NCBI GenBank assembly: GCA_963749155.1
Contig: CAVVLO010000002.1
Span: 832,001 to 896,000, forward strand
Origin: an uncultured Armatimonadia bacterium
Lineage (GTDB): Bacteria; Armatimonadota; Zipacnadia; CAVVLO01
Direction: 5' to 3'
Length of the DNA: 64,000 bases
Shown here: positions 50,547-59,906 of the stretch, piece after piece
Position numbering within the stretch: the stretch's first letter is position 1
Layout: each line of letters begins with the position of its first letter
Program-made: the position numbers and the translations under genes
The notes under the pieces: generated by a model
What the model was told of the DNA's origin: nothing
The model's input: the letters and a program-made list of their open reading frames with translations, nothing else
The model's database searches: none

Positions 50547-52407
50547 CCGGCGCTTCGGCAGCCTCCAGTTTGCCGTCGCGGTAGATCAAGTGGTTGGCCA
50601 GAGTGTCGTCCACATAGACCGCGATATCGGCTTCTCCGAGCCACGAGATGTCCTGGCTGAAAGAGGTGCCTGGATTGTGATAACTCTGATAAGGCACATG
50701 AAGGCCGTCGGCATCGAAAACTTCGACCCTCACACTATGCATACCTACATGGCCGGCCGGGAGTCCCACATTGACAGTTGCGGTGACGGCCTCTTTATCC
50801 GAGGTTGTCCCAGAAGGGCTGCGACCTGTGGAAATAAACAAATCGACTGGAGCACCGGTTTTCGCCCGCATCTTGGGCGCGGGGATCTGTGCCATCACAA
50901 GGCCTGCGCCAACCTCATCTTTGGAGGGAGCGCGCACCACTCGACCAGGCTTCAGCCCAGCGCGCTCAAGCATTGAAGAGGCGTCTTCTTCCTCTTTCAA
51001 AGACACGTCAGGCACCTGGGTAAGCTCAGGTCCGGCGCTTACGGTAAGCTGGACTATCTTCCTGCCCGCCTTTACCCGCGCGCCTGCTGGCGGGTCGGTG
51101 CTGAGCACCGTGTTGGGAGGTTGCTCTTCATCGAAGCTGGTTGCGGCAAGGGTTGAATCCAGTTTGGCGGCCTTCAAGAGTTGCCCTGCCGTCTCAGCGT
51201 CCAGTCCGACCAGCTGCGGGACGTCAACCTCGGGCGGAGAACTCAGCTCATACCACTTGATAGCTACGAGCCCAATGACCAGCGCAAGCAATACCATTAT
51301 CCCAGCCGCACAGCCAAACTGCATCACTGGATTGGTTGGGCGCGAAGGCCGATGGGCGTCTTCGACCTCAGGTTCAGGCTTAAGGGAAAGCGCATCTGGT
51401 GGCAGTGTCTCATCCTGACGAGCGGTAGATATAACCCCCTGGCGCACTCTGCGCCGGTCTCCCACCTGCTCGGTTGGACGCGGTGGAGTGGCACTGTCGC
51501 GAGGGGCTGGCTCTACTTTCGGTAATTTGGAAGTGTCTTCATCACGTTGGACGGGCGTGGCTCCTGCGTCCGCCAGGGGAACCCCTTCGCCGGCCAGGGC
51601 GTCCAGAGCTCGCAAAGCCTCGTCAACCGAGGCATAACGTTGCTCGGGGTCCATCACCAGGCACCGGCGCAGCACTTCTTCCATCCCTGCGGAAAGAGGT
51701 ATCCCTTTTGCCGAGGGGGGCTCAATTGGGTGCGCCTTCAGCTTTACTGCGACCTCGGTGACAGTTTCGCCCACTACAGGAGGCACTCCGGTCAGCATCA
51801 GGTAGAGCAAGGCGCCGAAGCCATAGAGGTCACTGGCCACAGTTGCAAAAGGTTTAACCAGCAATTCGGGGGCGGAGAAAGAGCGTCCCTCATCGGCCAG
51901 CGCGCGTTTGGCCTCTGGATACAGGGCCACGGCGTTGGCAGCGCCCGCCCAGAGCAGCTTGGGATGCAGGTTGTCATCGAGCCAGATGGTTTCGGGCCGC
52001 AGGTCGCCGTGCAGGATGTCGGCCTCATGAAGCGCGCGGAGCGCCCGAGCCAGTCCCCGCGCAACAGTCAGCGCCTGCCGTTCTTTAAGCCGGCCCCCTG
52101 GAGCGTTCTCTAGAACCTTGCTCAGATTCCATCGAGGCAGCTCTTCGGTCACCACTACGAAATTGTCATCCAGCCGGCGGGCCATCTGCAACTTGGGCAG
52201 TGATATATGCTGTACGGTCGAAGCGAGCCTTACAGCTTCCAGCAGACCTGAAGCCAGCGCCTTGTCCTGTGCCCAACGACTGCGCAGCACATGAATAGTG
52301 CAAGGTCGGCGAAACAGCAAATCTGTGCCACTGTAGGTGCTCATCAGCACGTCCTGCAGCAACAATTCGCTGGTCTCGAAGCGTTTTTTTAGCGCGTCGT
52401 TACCCAT
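50536..52407 (-). CDS. PknB-like transmembrane Ser/Thr kinase-fold protein with 2 PASTA domains; probable pseudokinase
   Basis: HGDLRPETI, SAPE, SDLYGFG, TM helix, and VPQLVGL/VPDVS PASTA repeats; Gly-loop, VAIK Lys and DFG are absent. Confidence 0.88.
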   Translation of the reverse strand: MGNDALKKRFETSELLLQDVLMSTYSGTDLLFRRPCTIHVLRSRWAQDKALASGLLEAVRLASTVQHISLPKLQMARRLDDNFVVVTEELPRWNLSKVLENAPGGRLKERQALTVARGLARALRALHEADILHGDLRPETIWLDDNLHPKLLWAGAANAVALYPEAKRALADEGRSFSAPELLVKPFATVASDLYGFGALLYLMLTGVPPVVGETVTEVAVKLKAHPIEPPSAKGIPLSAGMEEVLRRCLVMDPEQRYASVDEALRALDALAGEGVPLADAGATPVQRDEDTSKLPKVEPAPRDSATPPRPTEQVGDRRRVRQGVISTARQDETLPPDALSLKPEPEVEDAHRPSRPTNPVMQFGCAAGIMVLLALVIGLVAIKWYELSSPPEVDVPQLVGLDAETAGQLLKAAKLDSTLAATSFDEEQPPNTVLSTDPPAGARVKAGRKIVQLTVSAGPELTQVPDVSLKEEEDASSMLERAGLKPGRVVRAPSKDEVGAGLVMAQIPAPKMRAKTGAPVDLFISTGRSPSGTTSDKEAVTATVNVGLPAGHVGMHSVRVEVFDADGLHVPYQSYHNPGTSFSQDISWLGEADIAVYVDDTLANHLIYRDGKLEAAEAPDEP

Positions 52408-52416
52408 CTCTGGCCC

Positions 52417-53514
52417 TCACTCGGGCAGATATCGATCGAGTACCTTTTCCAGCAGGACTGGGTCGGCACCGATACGAACCTCCGACTGGCCCAGGCCAGT
52501 TGGGAGGACTAACTTCAACTCACTTCCAAGGCGCTTCTTATCCTTCGCCATCTTGCCTAGTATTGCCTGCCTGGATAGCCCAGTTACCTCGGTGGGAAGG
52601 CGCAGCTTTCTGAGCAAGGCAGCCAGCCTGTCAGCGAGTCCTGCAGGGCCTGTCCCTTCCAGTTCGGCATAAGTCGAAGCCATAAGCATACCGAGGCCGA
52701 CCGCCTCGCCATGCAGCAGGCCAGAATAATCAAGCGCTGCTTCCAGCCCATGAGCAAAAGTATGACCAAAATTGAGCAACTGGCGCACACCGAAGTCTCG
52801 TTCGTCTTCCGCAACAACGCGAGCCTTGATGGCAATTGAACGATAGACCAGTTCTTCCAGCAACTCCGATTCACCCGCAAGAGCCGCCTCGGTCTGGTTT
52901 TCTAGCAGTTCGAAAAGAGAGAAATCTTCAATCAGGCCGTATTTCACGACTTCTGCCAGCCCATTGGAGAGCTGCCGCGCAGGTAAAGTAGCCAGGGTTG
53001 AGGTATCGGCTACCACCAGCCTGGGTTGGGCAAAAACGCCGACAAGGTTTTTGCCGCCAGCATGGTCGATTGCCACCTTGCCCCCTACGCTGGCATCAAC
53101 CTGAGCAAGCAAGGTAGTTGGACACTGCACGAAGTCGACGCCACGCATCAGGGTAGCGGCTACAAATCCCCCCAGATCGCCGACAACACCGCCCCCCAGA
53201 TTAACTATAAGACTGCCCCGATCCAGTCCAGCCGAGAGAAAAACCTCCAGGGCGCGGCCATATTCGGCCAGGGTCTTGTGTTCTTCTCCGGGGAGCAGTA
53301 AATGGACAGCGATAGGTACGCCAATTGACGCCAGGCTGGCCTTTGTTGGTTCTCCCCAGTGAGACCAGATGTGGCGATCAGATAAAACTCCAATAGCCGA
53401 ATAATTGCCAAGCCTGGATATCTCCTCTGCAAGTTGCAGAAGCGCGCCAGGCCCTGTCAACACCTCGTAGGAGGCGGACTCAACCGAAACGGAAATCCGG
53501 CGGAGTTCACTCAT
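52417..53514 (-). CDS. aroB: 3-dehydroquinate synthase
   Basis: GEEHKTL, GGGVVGDLGGF, PTTLLAQVDASVGGK, LNFGHTFAH and LHGEAV. Confidence 0.97.
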   Translation of the reverse strand: MSELRRISVSVESASYEVLTGPGALLQLAEEISRLGNYSAIGVLSDRHIWSHWGEPTKASLASIGVPIAVHLLLPGEEHKTLAEYGRALEVFLSAGLDRGSLIVNLGGGVVGDLGGFVAATLMRGVDFVQCPTTLLAQVDASVGGKVAIDHAGGKNLVGVFAQPRLVVADTSTLATLPARQLSNGLAEVVKYGLIEDFSLFELLENQTEAALAGESELLEELVYRSIAIKARVVAEDERDFGVRQLLNFGHTFAHGLEAALDYSGLLHGEAVGLGMLMASTYAELEGTGPAGLADRLAALLRKLRLPTEVTGLSRQAILGKMAKDKKRLGSELKLVLPTGLGQSEVRIGADPVLLEKVLDRYLPE

Positions 53515-54040
53515 CGGCAATCCAACCTCTTAATCGTAGCTCCTCAACCAGGCGTTGAGAGGTCTGTTTCGGCGCAGATGCGTCGGTAGCGAGAGTAACA
53601 TCAAGCCCTTCATACAGGGGCGCTCGCTCGGTCAGCAGCTTCCGCACCTGCTCAGCTCTGTCCTCAGCCTCGAGCAAAGGACGCTTGCTATCTCGCCCCG
53701 TCCGGTCCAAAATTGTTTGCTCCGAAGCAAGCAACCCTACAGTCAGGCCTGTCCGGCTCATCACCTGGCGGTTCTCTTCGCTGAGGACAAGTCCGCCCCC
53801 ACAAGCGACAACCTGACCCGACTGCCTGGCGACTTCCAGCAGGGCTTCAGTTTCCAAGGCGCGGAAATAAGGCTCGCCGCGTTCTTCAAACAGAGAAGCA
53901 ATCGTATGCCCAGTCTTGTGTTCGATGACCGAATCAAGGTCTACCAGAGGCCAATCAAGCTGTCGAGCAAGTATACGGCCGATAGTGCTCTTGCCGGTAC
54001 CCATAAAACCGCACAGGTAGATATTGCCTCGGGGCGTCAT
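53507..54040 (-). CDS. aroK: shikimate kinase
   Basis: GFMGTGKST P-loop, GEPYFRALE, GGG and RPLL. Confidence 0.95.
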   Translation of the reverse strand: MTPRGNIYLCGFMGTGKSTIGRILARQLDWPLVDLDSVIEHKTGHTIASLFEERGEPYFRALETEALLEVARQSGQVVACGGGLVLSEENRQVMSRTGLTVGLLASEQTILDRTGRDSKRPLLEAEDRAEQVRKLLTERAPLYEGLDVTLATDASAPKQTSQRLVEELRLRGWIADE

Positions 54041-54041
54041 C

Positions 54042-55229
54042 TCAGAACCAGTCCAGTCTGGCGCAGGCAGCCAGATACGCCTCGTGCCGCTCTCGTATTT
54101 CGGACAGGGAATCTCCCCCGTATTTTTCGAGTAAGGCATCCGCGAGCACAAGCGCCATCATTGCCTCGGCTACGACTGCGGCTGCCGGCACGGCGCATAC
54201 ATCGGACCGCTCTGAATGGGCTGCCGATGTCTCTTTGGTGCGCAAGTCGACCGAGGGAAGGGGTTTCATCAAAGTGGGGATAGCCTTCATAGTGCAACGC
54301 GCGACGACAGGCTGCCCATTGGAAAGGCCCGCTTCCAGCCCCCCGGCGTTATTACTGGCTCGGGTGATCCGCCAACCTTCACCGACTGATTCAAGTCCAA
54401 TCGGATCGTGAGCCTCGCTGCCTGGGAGACCACCAAAATCGATGCCAGCGCCGATTTCGACAGCCTTGGTGGCTTGCACACTCATCAAAGCGCCTGCGAG
54501 CCTGCCGTCAAGGCGCCCTTCCCAACTTGCATATGAGCCAAGGCCAGGCGGCACGCCCAAGGCGGCCACGACAAACTGCCCGCCCAGGCTGTCTCCGCCC
54601 TCTTTGGCCGCGTCAATGGCCTTTTCCATCTCGAGAGTCTTCTCCGGGGAAGGACAGCGAGTTGAGCCTGTTTCAGCCAGCTCGAAGAGAGTGCCCAGAT
54701 CTTCCTCGCAAAAAGTGGCTTCGACTGGGCCAATCCTGGTGACGAAACTCCCGATGCTGATACCAAACTCGGCTAGCAGAGCCTTGGCAAGCGCTCCAGC
54801 AGCAACTCGGCCTGCAGTCTCGCGCGCGCTGGTGCGCTCAAGGACATCGCGAAGATCGTCGAAATGGCATTTGAGAGCGCCAGCCAAATCACCGTGACCA
54901 GGTCTCGGTACAGTGAAAGCGCGACTGGCTTCCCCCTCTGGATTGGCCTCAGGCCCGACTACCTCGCGCCAGTTCTCATAATCTCGGTTCTTGATGAACA
55001 ACACGACAGGAGTGCCAAGGGTACGTTCACCACGAAGCCCAGCAAGCACCTCTGCCGTGTCCTGCTCCAAAGCCATCCGACCGCCACGCCCATATCCTTG
55101 CTGACGCCTGGCAAGCTGAGCCTCGAGGAAGTTCTTGCTGATATGAAGCCCGGCAGGCAGTCCCTCGACCAGGCAGGTGATACCCGGCCCGTGCGATTCT
55201 CCGGCAGTCGTCATCTTCAGACGAGACAT
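54042..55229 (-). CDS. aroC: chorismate synthase
   Basis: TAGESHG, RQQGYGRGGR, PRPGHGDL, SARETA and RSDVCAVP. Confidence 0.97.
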   Translation of the reverse strand: MSRLKMTTAGESHGPGITCLVEGLPAGLHISKNFLEAQLARRQQGYGRGGRMALEQDTAEVLAGLRGERTLGTPVVLFIKNRDYENWREVVGPEANPEGEASRAFTVPRPGHGDLAGALKCHFDDLRDVLERTSARETAGRVAAGALAKALLAEFGISIGSFVTRIGPVEATFCEEDLGTLFELAETGSTRCPSPEKTLEMEKAIDAAKEGGDSLGGQFVVAALGVPPGLGSYASWEGRLDGRLAGALMSVQATKAVEIGAGIDFGGLPGSEAHDPIGLESVGEGWRITRASNNAGGLEAGLSNGQPVVARCTMKAIPTLMKPLPSVDLRTKETSAAHSERSDVCAVPAAAVVAEAMMALVLADALLEKYGGDSLSEIRERHEAYLAACARLDWF

Positions 55230-55240
55230 CAGACTCTCCC

Positions 55241-55275
55241 AAAAGAAGCGGCACCACCTTGCAAGGTGGCGCCGC
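55241..55275 (-). terminator. terminator-like hairpin between the secretin gene and aroC
   Basis: Minus strand GCGGCGCCACC-TTGCAA-GGTGGTGCCGC followed by TTCTTTT. Confidence 0.7.
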
Positions 55276-55308
55276 GTCGCTCACTAGTTCAACAAGGGTT
55301 GCTGCAAT

Positions 55309-56976
55309 CTACTGCATCAAGGCCTCGCGGTACTTCTCGGTCGTCTCGTCCCGCAGGATCTCCGGGGTCAGGAAGATCAGCAGCTCCGTGTCCACGAATT
55401 CGGTCGTCTTCGAGGTGAACAGCCGCCCGATCAAAGGCAGATCGCTCAGGATAGGCGTCTTGCGGATCGACTCCTGCTTGTTCTGCGTGATCAGCCCGCC
55501 CAGTACGATCGTCTCGCCGTCCTTCACTCTCATATAGCTGCTTACGCTACGCGAGGCGATGATCGGCTGCGTCTGCCCGTCCGGGCCTGTCGCCGTTCCT
55601 ACCACTTCTTCGATGTCCGGCTCCACGTACACCGTAATCGAGTCGTCCCCGTTGATCCGCGGCAGCACATACAGATAAGTCGAAACGTCGGTTGTCTCCA
55701 GTTCGTAGTCCACCTGGCGCTGACCGAACTCGTTGTACGTCACGCTCGCGGTCCAGTAGGGATATTCCGTCGTGAAGTCCACTTCTGCCTCGAAGTTGTT
55801 GATGGTCGCGACTCGCGGAGCGTTGATTACTCGCCCGCGTCCCTGCGACTTCAGCGCCGCCAGCGTTGCCCGGAAGTTCCCCTTCGCATACTTTACCGAA
55901 GTGTTCTGGCTGCCTGGCGCGCCCAGGATGGATACGTCCAGCTCTCCGCCATTGAAGAAACGCCAGTCGATACCGAAAGACTCCGTGTCGCTGGTGCTCA
56001 CCTCGAGGAACTCCGCCGTGATAAGTACCTGCTTGGGCGGGATGTCCATCAGTTTCACCAGCTCGCGGAACTGGTCGATCCCTTCCCGCGTCCCGCTGAT
56101 GATTACCGCGTTTTCGATGTCATAGGCCATTGGCGCCGAGACTCCAGCCGGCAAAAGGTCGGTCATACCGTACCCGCCGCCGCCCATTCCGCCACCGCTC
56201 TGGCCGAAGCCGCCGCTCTGCCGACCGCCAGTGCCCTGGTAGTTGCCCCCGCTCTGGCCGCTCCGACCGCTCTGGCCACTGCTGCTGCGGCCGCCAAACT
56301 GGCCATATACGCCCACGGTCCCGCCGCCGCTGCTGTCCCCGCCGTAGACGTTGCCCCCGCCTTTGCTCTCGCCGCGGCGACTCGCCAGGAACTGGTGGCT
56401 GAAGGTCTCCCCGCCCGCCATATAAGCCAGCAAGTCCCGACAGTCAATGTAGCTCAGCCGCAGCTTCTCCGTCACGATCTCCGCCGAGGGAGGCGCGCTG
56501 ATCCCCATCGGATAAGCCGACGGCTCAGGCACGTTCGCCCCGGTGCCGAACAGCAGGCCCATCAGGTCCTGCCCGGCTGGCACATAGGCCGGCGACACAT
56601 CGCTGCTGGCCGCGGCAATTGCCTCGCGCACAGGCATATCCGCCGCTACCGGCTCGGCCGGCTTCAGCCCTACGATGTAGGCGTCGGCTTCTTTGGTCCA
56701 ACTGAATCCTGTCTGCGCCAGGATTAGCTCAAGGGCCCGCTCCAGCGGCACGTCGTACAGGCTTACCGTTACCCGCCCGGCGACTCCGTCCTGGATTACG
56801 ATCTGCTGCCCGCTTTCCTGGGCCATCAGCAGCAATACTTCCTGCAGGTCCGCGTCTTTCATGTCCACTGACACGTTCCCGCCGGCTGCCATTACGATTA
56901 CGCTTGCCAGCAGAAGGCCTGCTATCACAAGCCCAGTTACCCTGGCTCCAAACTGCCGCTTCCCTCTCAGGCTCAT
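55309..56976 (-). CDS. pilQ: outer-membrane secretin (PilQ/GspD family)
   Basis: N0/STN domain; DIPPKQVLITAEFLEV, APRVATINN, VKDGETIVLGGL, PILSDLPLIGRLF and ELLIFLTP; downstream of pilMNO. Confidence 0.9.
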   Translation of the reverse strand: MSLRGKRQFGARVTGLVIAGLLLASVIVMAAGGNVSVDMKDADLQEVLLLMAQESGQQIVIQDGVAGRVTVSLYDVPLERALELILAQTGFSWTKEADAYIVGLKPAEPVAADMPVREAIAAASSDVSPAYVPAGQDLMGLLFGTGANVPEPSAYPMGISAPPSAEIVTEKLRLSYIDCRDLLAYMAGGETFSHQFLASRRGESKGGGNVYGGDSSGGGTVGVYGQFGGRSSSGQSGRSGQSGGNYQGTGGRQSGGFGQSGGGMGGGGYGMTDLLPAGVSAPMAYDIENAVIISGTREGIDQFRELVKLMDIPPKQVLITAEFLEVSTSDTESFGIDWRFFNGGELDVSILGAPGSQNTSVKYAKGNFRATLAALKSQGRGRVINAPRVATINNFEAEVDFTTEYPYWTASVTYNEFGQRQVDYELETTDVSTYLYVLPRINGDDSITVYVEPDIEEVVGTATGPDGQTQPIIASRSVSSYMRVKDGETIVLGGLITQNKQESIRKTPILSDLPLIGRLFTSKTTEFVDTELLIFLTPEILRDETTEKYREALMQ

Positions 56977-57027
56977 CTTCAGTCTCCTTCTCCGATCTGC
57001 CTTGCGTCAGTCAGGCAGCAGGGCTGC

Positions 57028-57729
57028 CTACCAGCTGCTCGAGCTGCTGTTGCTGTTGCGGTTAGAGTTGCTGTTGCGATTGTTGTTGTCGTCATTGTTG
57101 TTGCGGTTGTTGCTGTTGCTGTTGTTGCTGTTGTTGTTGCCGTAGCTGCCACCGCCGCCGCCACCCGCGTAGTCCATCATGCGAGTCTCGATGACGTCCC
57201 CGCCGAACATGTAGGCGATGTCGATTGCATCCGCAAAGTATACTGGCACTTTCTCGGTGACGTAGTTCTCGGTCTGGTATTCCTCAAGGAAGCCAACACC
57301 CGTCGCGCCAAGCGTGGGGAGCGGCTCCTTGGGACTAATCATTATCGGGCGCGCTATCTGCTGATCCTGAGGCACGCTCATAGCGATTACCTCGCGCAGG
57401 CTGGCAGCGGCAAGAGAGGACTCTTTCGGCTTGTAGATGCTGAAGATGCCCCCCTCGAGGGTGTATTGCAACCCAAGCTGATTCAGCACCTGCTCAATGG
57501 CAACACGCGCAGGCACGTCTATCAATACCAACGAGCCTATGCGCCCTCGGACCTCGGGTGCGAGCACATAGTTAAGATCAGCGGATTTGGCGATCATCTC
57601 AATTACATCGCGTACATCCGCATCCTTCACGTTCAGGCTAACCAGGGTGTTCTCGTCGGCGCTAGCTACCAGGCCGAAAGCGAGGGTTGCCACCAAAGCC
57701 AACAAGATGAACAGTCCGGTTACTCTCAC
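57028..57729 (-). CDS. secretin N-terminal-domain-only protein with Asn/Ser-rich tail
   Basis: GTG start, signal peptide, VSLNVKDADVRDVI (N0/STN) and TEKVPVYFADAIDIAYMFGG, parallel to the secretin N-terminus; no C-terminal secretin domain. Confidence 0.75.
   Translation of the reverse strand: MRVTGLFILLALVATLAFGLVASADENTLVSLNVKDADVRDVIEMIAKSADLNYVLAPEVRGRIGSLVLIDVPARVAIEQVLNQLGLQYTLEGGIFSIYKPKESSLAAASLREVIAMSVPQDQQIARPIMISPKEPLPTLGATGVGFLEEYQTENYVTEKVPVYFADAIDIAYMFGGDVIETRMMDYAGGGGGGSYGNNNSNNSNSNNRNNNDDNNNRNSNSNRNSNSSSSSW
57040..57160 (-). repeat. imperfect AAC/AGC trinucleotide microsatellite encoding GGGGS-NNNS repeats
   Basis: GTT/GCT runs on the + strand. Confidence 0.8.
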
Positions 57730-57782
57730 TGGAGTCACCTCTTTCCGCCGCCAGGCGGAAATATGATTGCAGCTCACTTTGC

Positions 57783-58676
57783 TTATCTGATACCGGGCAT
57801 GTTGCCCATTCCCGGCATTGGGAAACCGCCAGCCATACCAGGAGCGCCTGCTCCGGGCATCATTGTGGGACCGGGCATCATCCCGCCGCCCATCATTGGC
57901 ATACTGAAGCCACCCATCCCTGTGCCGCCCGTACCAGCCGACCGACGCAAGGACTGCCATTCTTCAAGGCTCATAATGGGGATGCGCCTTATTTCTTTGG
58001 TCTTCATATCACGCAGAGTCGCCTGGCTTGGCGTGATAGCGATAAGCTCTTCATTATCGATTATATCACCGGGTCTCAGCACCAGGGATTCAGTACTACC
58101 ATCGGCTGCGACACGCTCGAGGATGGCGTAATCTTTGCCACCCCAGATAAGACCAGCGACACGCGCATTAGGCGCGGCGCCCTGCTCAGGCAGGGAAGGC
58201 CTGATTGTACCCGCATAACGCTGCGGAGAGTCCATGCGATGGCTCATATACCACAAGGTCGGATCTATCTTGGGCACTCTGGTCATCGCGAAAGGAGCGA
58301 ACGGATCGCGCCTGGAAGGCTCAATTGGGTCGACACTCGGTCCACCCATAGCCGGCGGGCCGGCTGAAGGGCCTGCGCCACCTGCGGCCGGGGCTGCGCC
58401 AGGCATCGGCATACCGCCGGGCATTGAAGCACCACCTGGCATCATTCCGCCAGGAGCAGCTCCAGGCGCCATGCCGGGCCCCATTGGTGGAATGCTGGGC
58501 GCGCCGCCGGGACCAGTGCCACCAGGCGCTCCACCTGGTGCGACCGCAACTGGCCCACCAGATGAGGAAGCCGTTTCATCCCCCTTATTGCAGCCCGTCA
58601 CAAAAAGGACCGTCATTAGGAGAACGGCTAACATCAAGCCTGTCAGTGCAAATTGTCTGTTCTGCTGCTCTGTCAT
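57783..58676 (-). CDS. lipoprotein in PilP position with Pro/Gly/Met-rich segments
   Basis: Lipobox-like VTGC; RRDPF motif; GLIWG..YAIL...LRPGDII resembling PilP/GspC-HR; synteny. Confidence 0.65.
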   Translation of the reverse strand: MTEQQNRQFALTGLMLAVLLMTVLFVTGCNKGDETASSSGGPVAVAPGGAPGGTGPGGAPSIPPMGPGMAPGAAPGGMMPGGASMPGGMPMPGAAPAAGGAGPSAGPPAMGGPSVDPIEPSRRDPFAPFAMTRVPKIDPTLWYMSHRMDSPQRYAGTIRPSLPEQGAAPNARVAGLIWGGKDYAILERVAADGSTESLVLRPGDIIDNEELIAITPSQATLRDMKTKEIRRIPIMSLEEWQSLRRSAGTGGTGMGGFSMPMMGGGMMPGPTMMPGAGAPGMAGGFPMPGMGNMPGIR

Positions 58677-58757
58677 CGAGCCTGCCTCCCGGGGGCCTGA
58701 ACCAGGCCTTGCCAGCGCATCACGAAAACCACGGGCTCGTGGCGATAGTCCTTAAGG

Positions 58758-59830
58758 CTACTCGTCATCTCCACCACTGCTAGCTGCGCCAGGCGTTGGA
58801 CCGGGCATTGGCCCTGCCGCACCAGGCATTGGGCCAGCTGGGGTGCCTGGCGTACCTGGCATCAACGAAGGCACTCCACCCGATATAGACAAGCCTGCGC
58901 CAGGTGCTACTCCCGGAGCTCCAGGGGCGCCACCTGCAGCTGGGGCACCGCCGCCAGCCGAGGTACCCTCGACGAGATAGTAGATAGTGGCTTCAGGCAC
59001 AGTCACAGTTACGCGGCTTGTCTTCCGCGGCAACTCGGTGTAACCAGCAAGAAGCCCCATTATTTTGTCCATATCCGCGCCTTCCGCAGATATCGATATC
59101 CGGTCAAAGGTAATGAGACGATCGAACTTGTCAGCGGCTGAGGCAAAGGTCCTCATCGCATCGCGGTAGACGCCATGCACGGTGAGCACATTGCCTACTA
59201 TGGAGACGGAATTGGCGCCGCCTGCTGCTGCACCGCCCATACCGGGCATCCCCATACCGCCAGGCATCGGACTCGCGTACCAGGCATCGGACTTGCCATA
59301 CCGGGCATTGGACCTGCCATACCAGGCATCGCCATACCGCCACCGCCGCCGCTGCTGCCTCCACTGCGCATCTTGATTTCGACAAGCTCGCTGGCAAGGG
59401 TAGCCGGGGCCATATTCACAGGCCCACGGCCAGTGACTCCACCCAAGGTAACGGAGGTTGGGAAAGTCACAAGCGCGGTGTCCTTCAGACGTGACTGCCA
59501 GTTATCGAAAGCATTAGGCAGTCCATACATGGACTCATACCGAAGGCCCAGTGCTGCGATCTGAGGCTCGCTGGCGCTGATAGGGGGGAACTTTGCTGCC
59601 CTCAATTTAATGAACTCGCGTTGAACCACCGTTAGTTTGGCCTGGGCCTCCTCACGCTGGCTCTCATAATAGGGCAGCTGCGCGATGGCCTCTTTATATT
59701 CCTCGACCTCGGCAGTTGCATCGGCAATCTGCAGCTGAAGCGGCTGGTTATATTTGGTGTGCCAAAAATAACCAAGTACGCCAAGCACTATAATGCCGAG
59801 TATAGCTACGTAGATTGCTTTGAATCGCAT
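58758..59830 (-). CDS. pilO: PilO-like pilus alignment protein (frame break near 59275 within a MPGMAxP repeat)
   Basis: N-terminal TM and coiled coil; 'VHGVYRDAMR...FDRLITFDRISI' PilO-like fold; synteny. Confidence 0.65.
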
Positions 59831-59906
59831 AGACTACGCCTCGCTTCTGACGGGTCTCTCAATCAACTTCCTGGATCGAACCTGGGAAGCATAAAAAAGG
59901 CTCCCG

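Noticed and set aside
57040..59340. Short tandem repeats as a CRISPR array
   Set aside because: They are in-frame coding low-complexity repeats without unique spacers; no cas genes.
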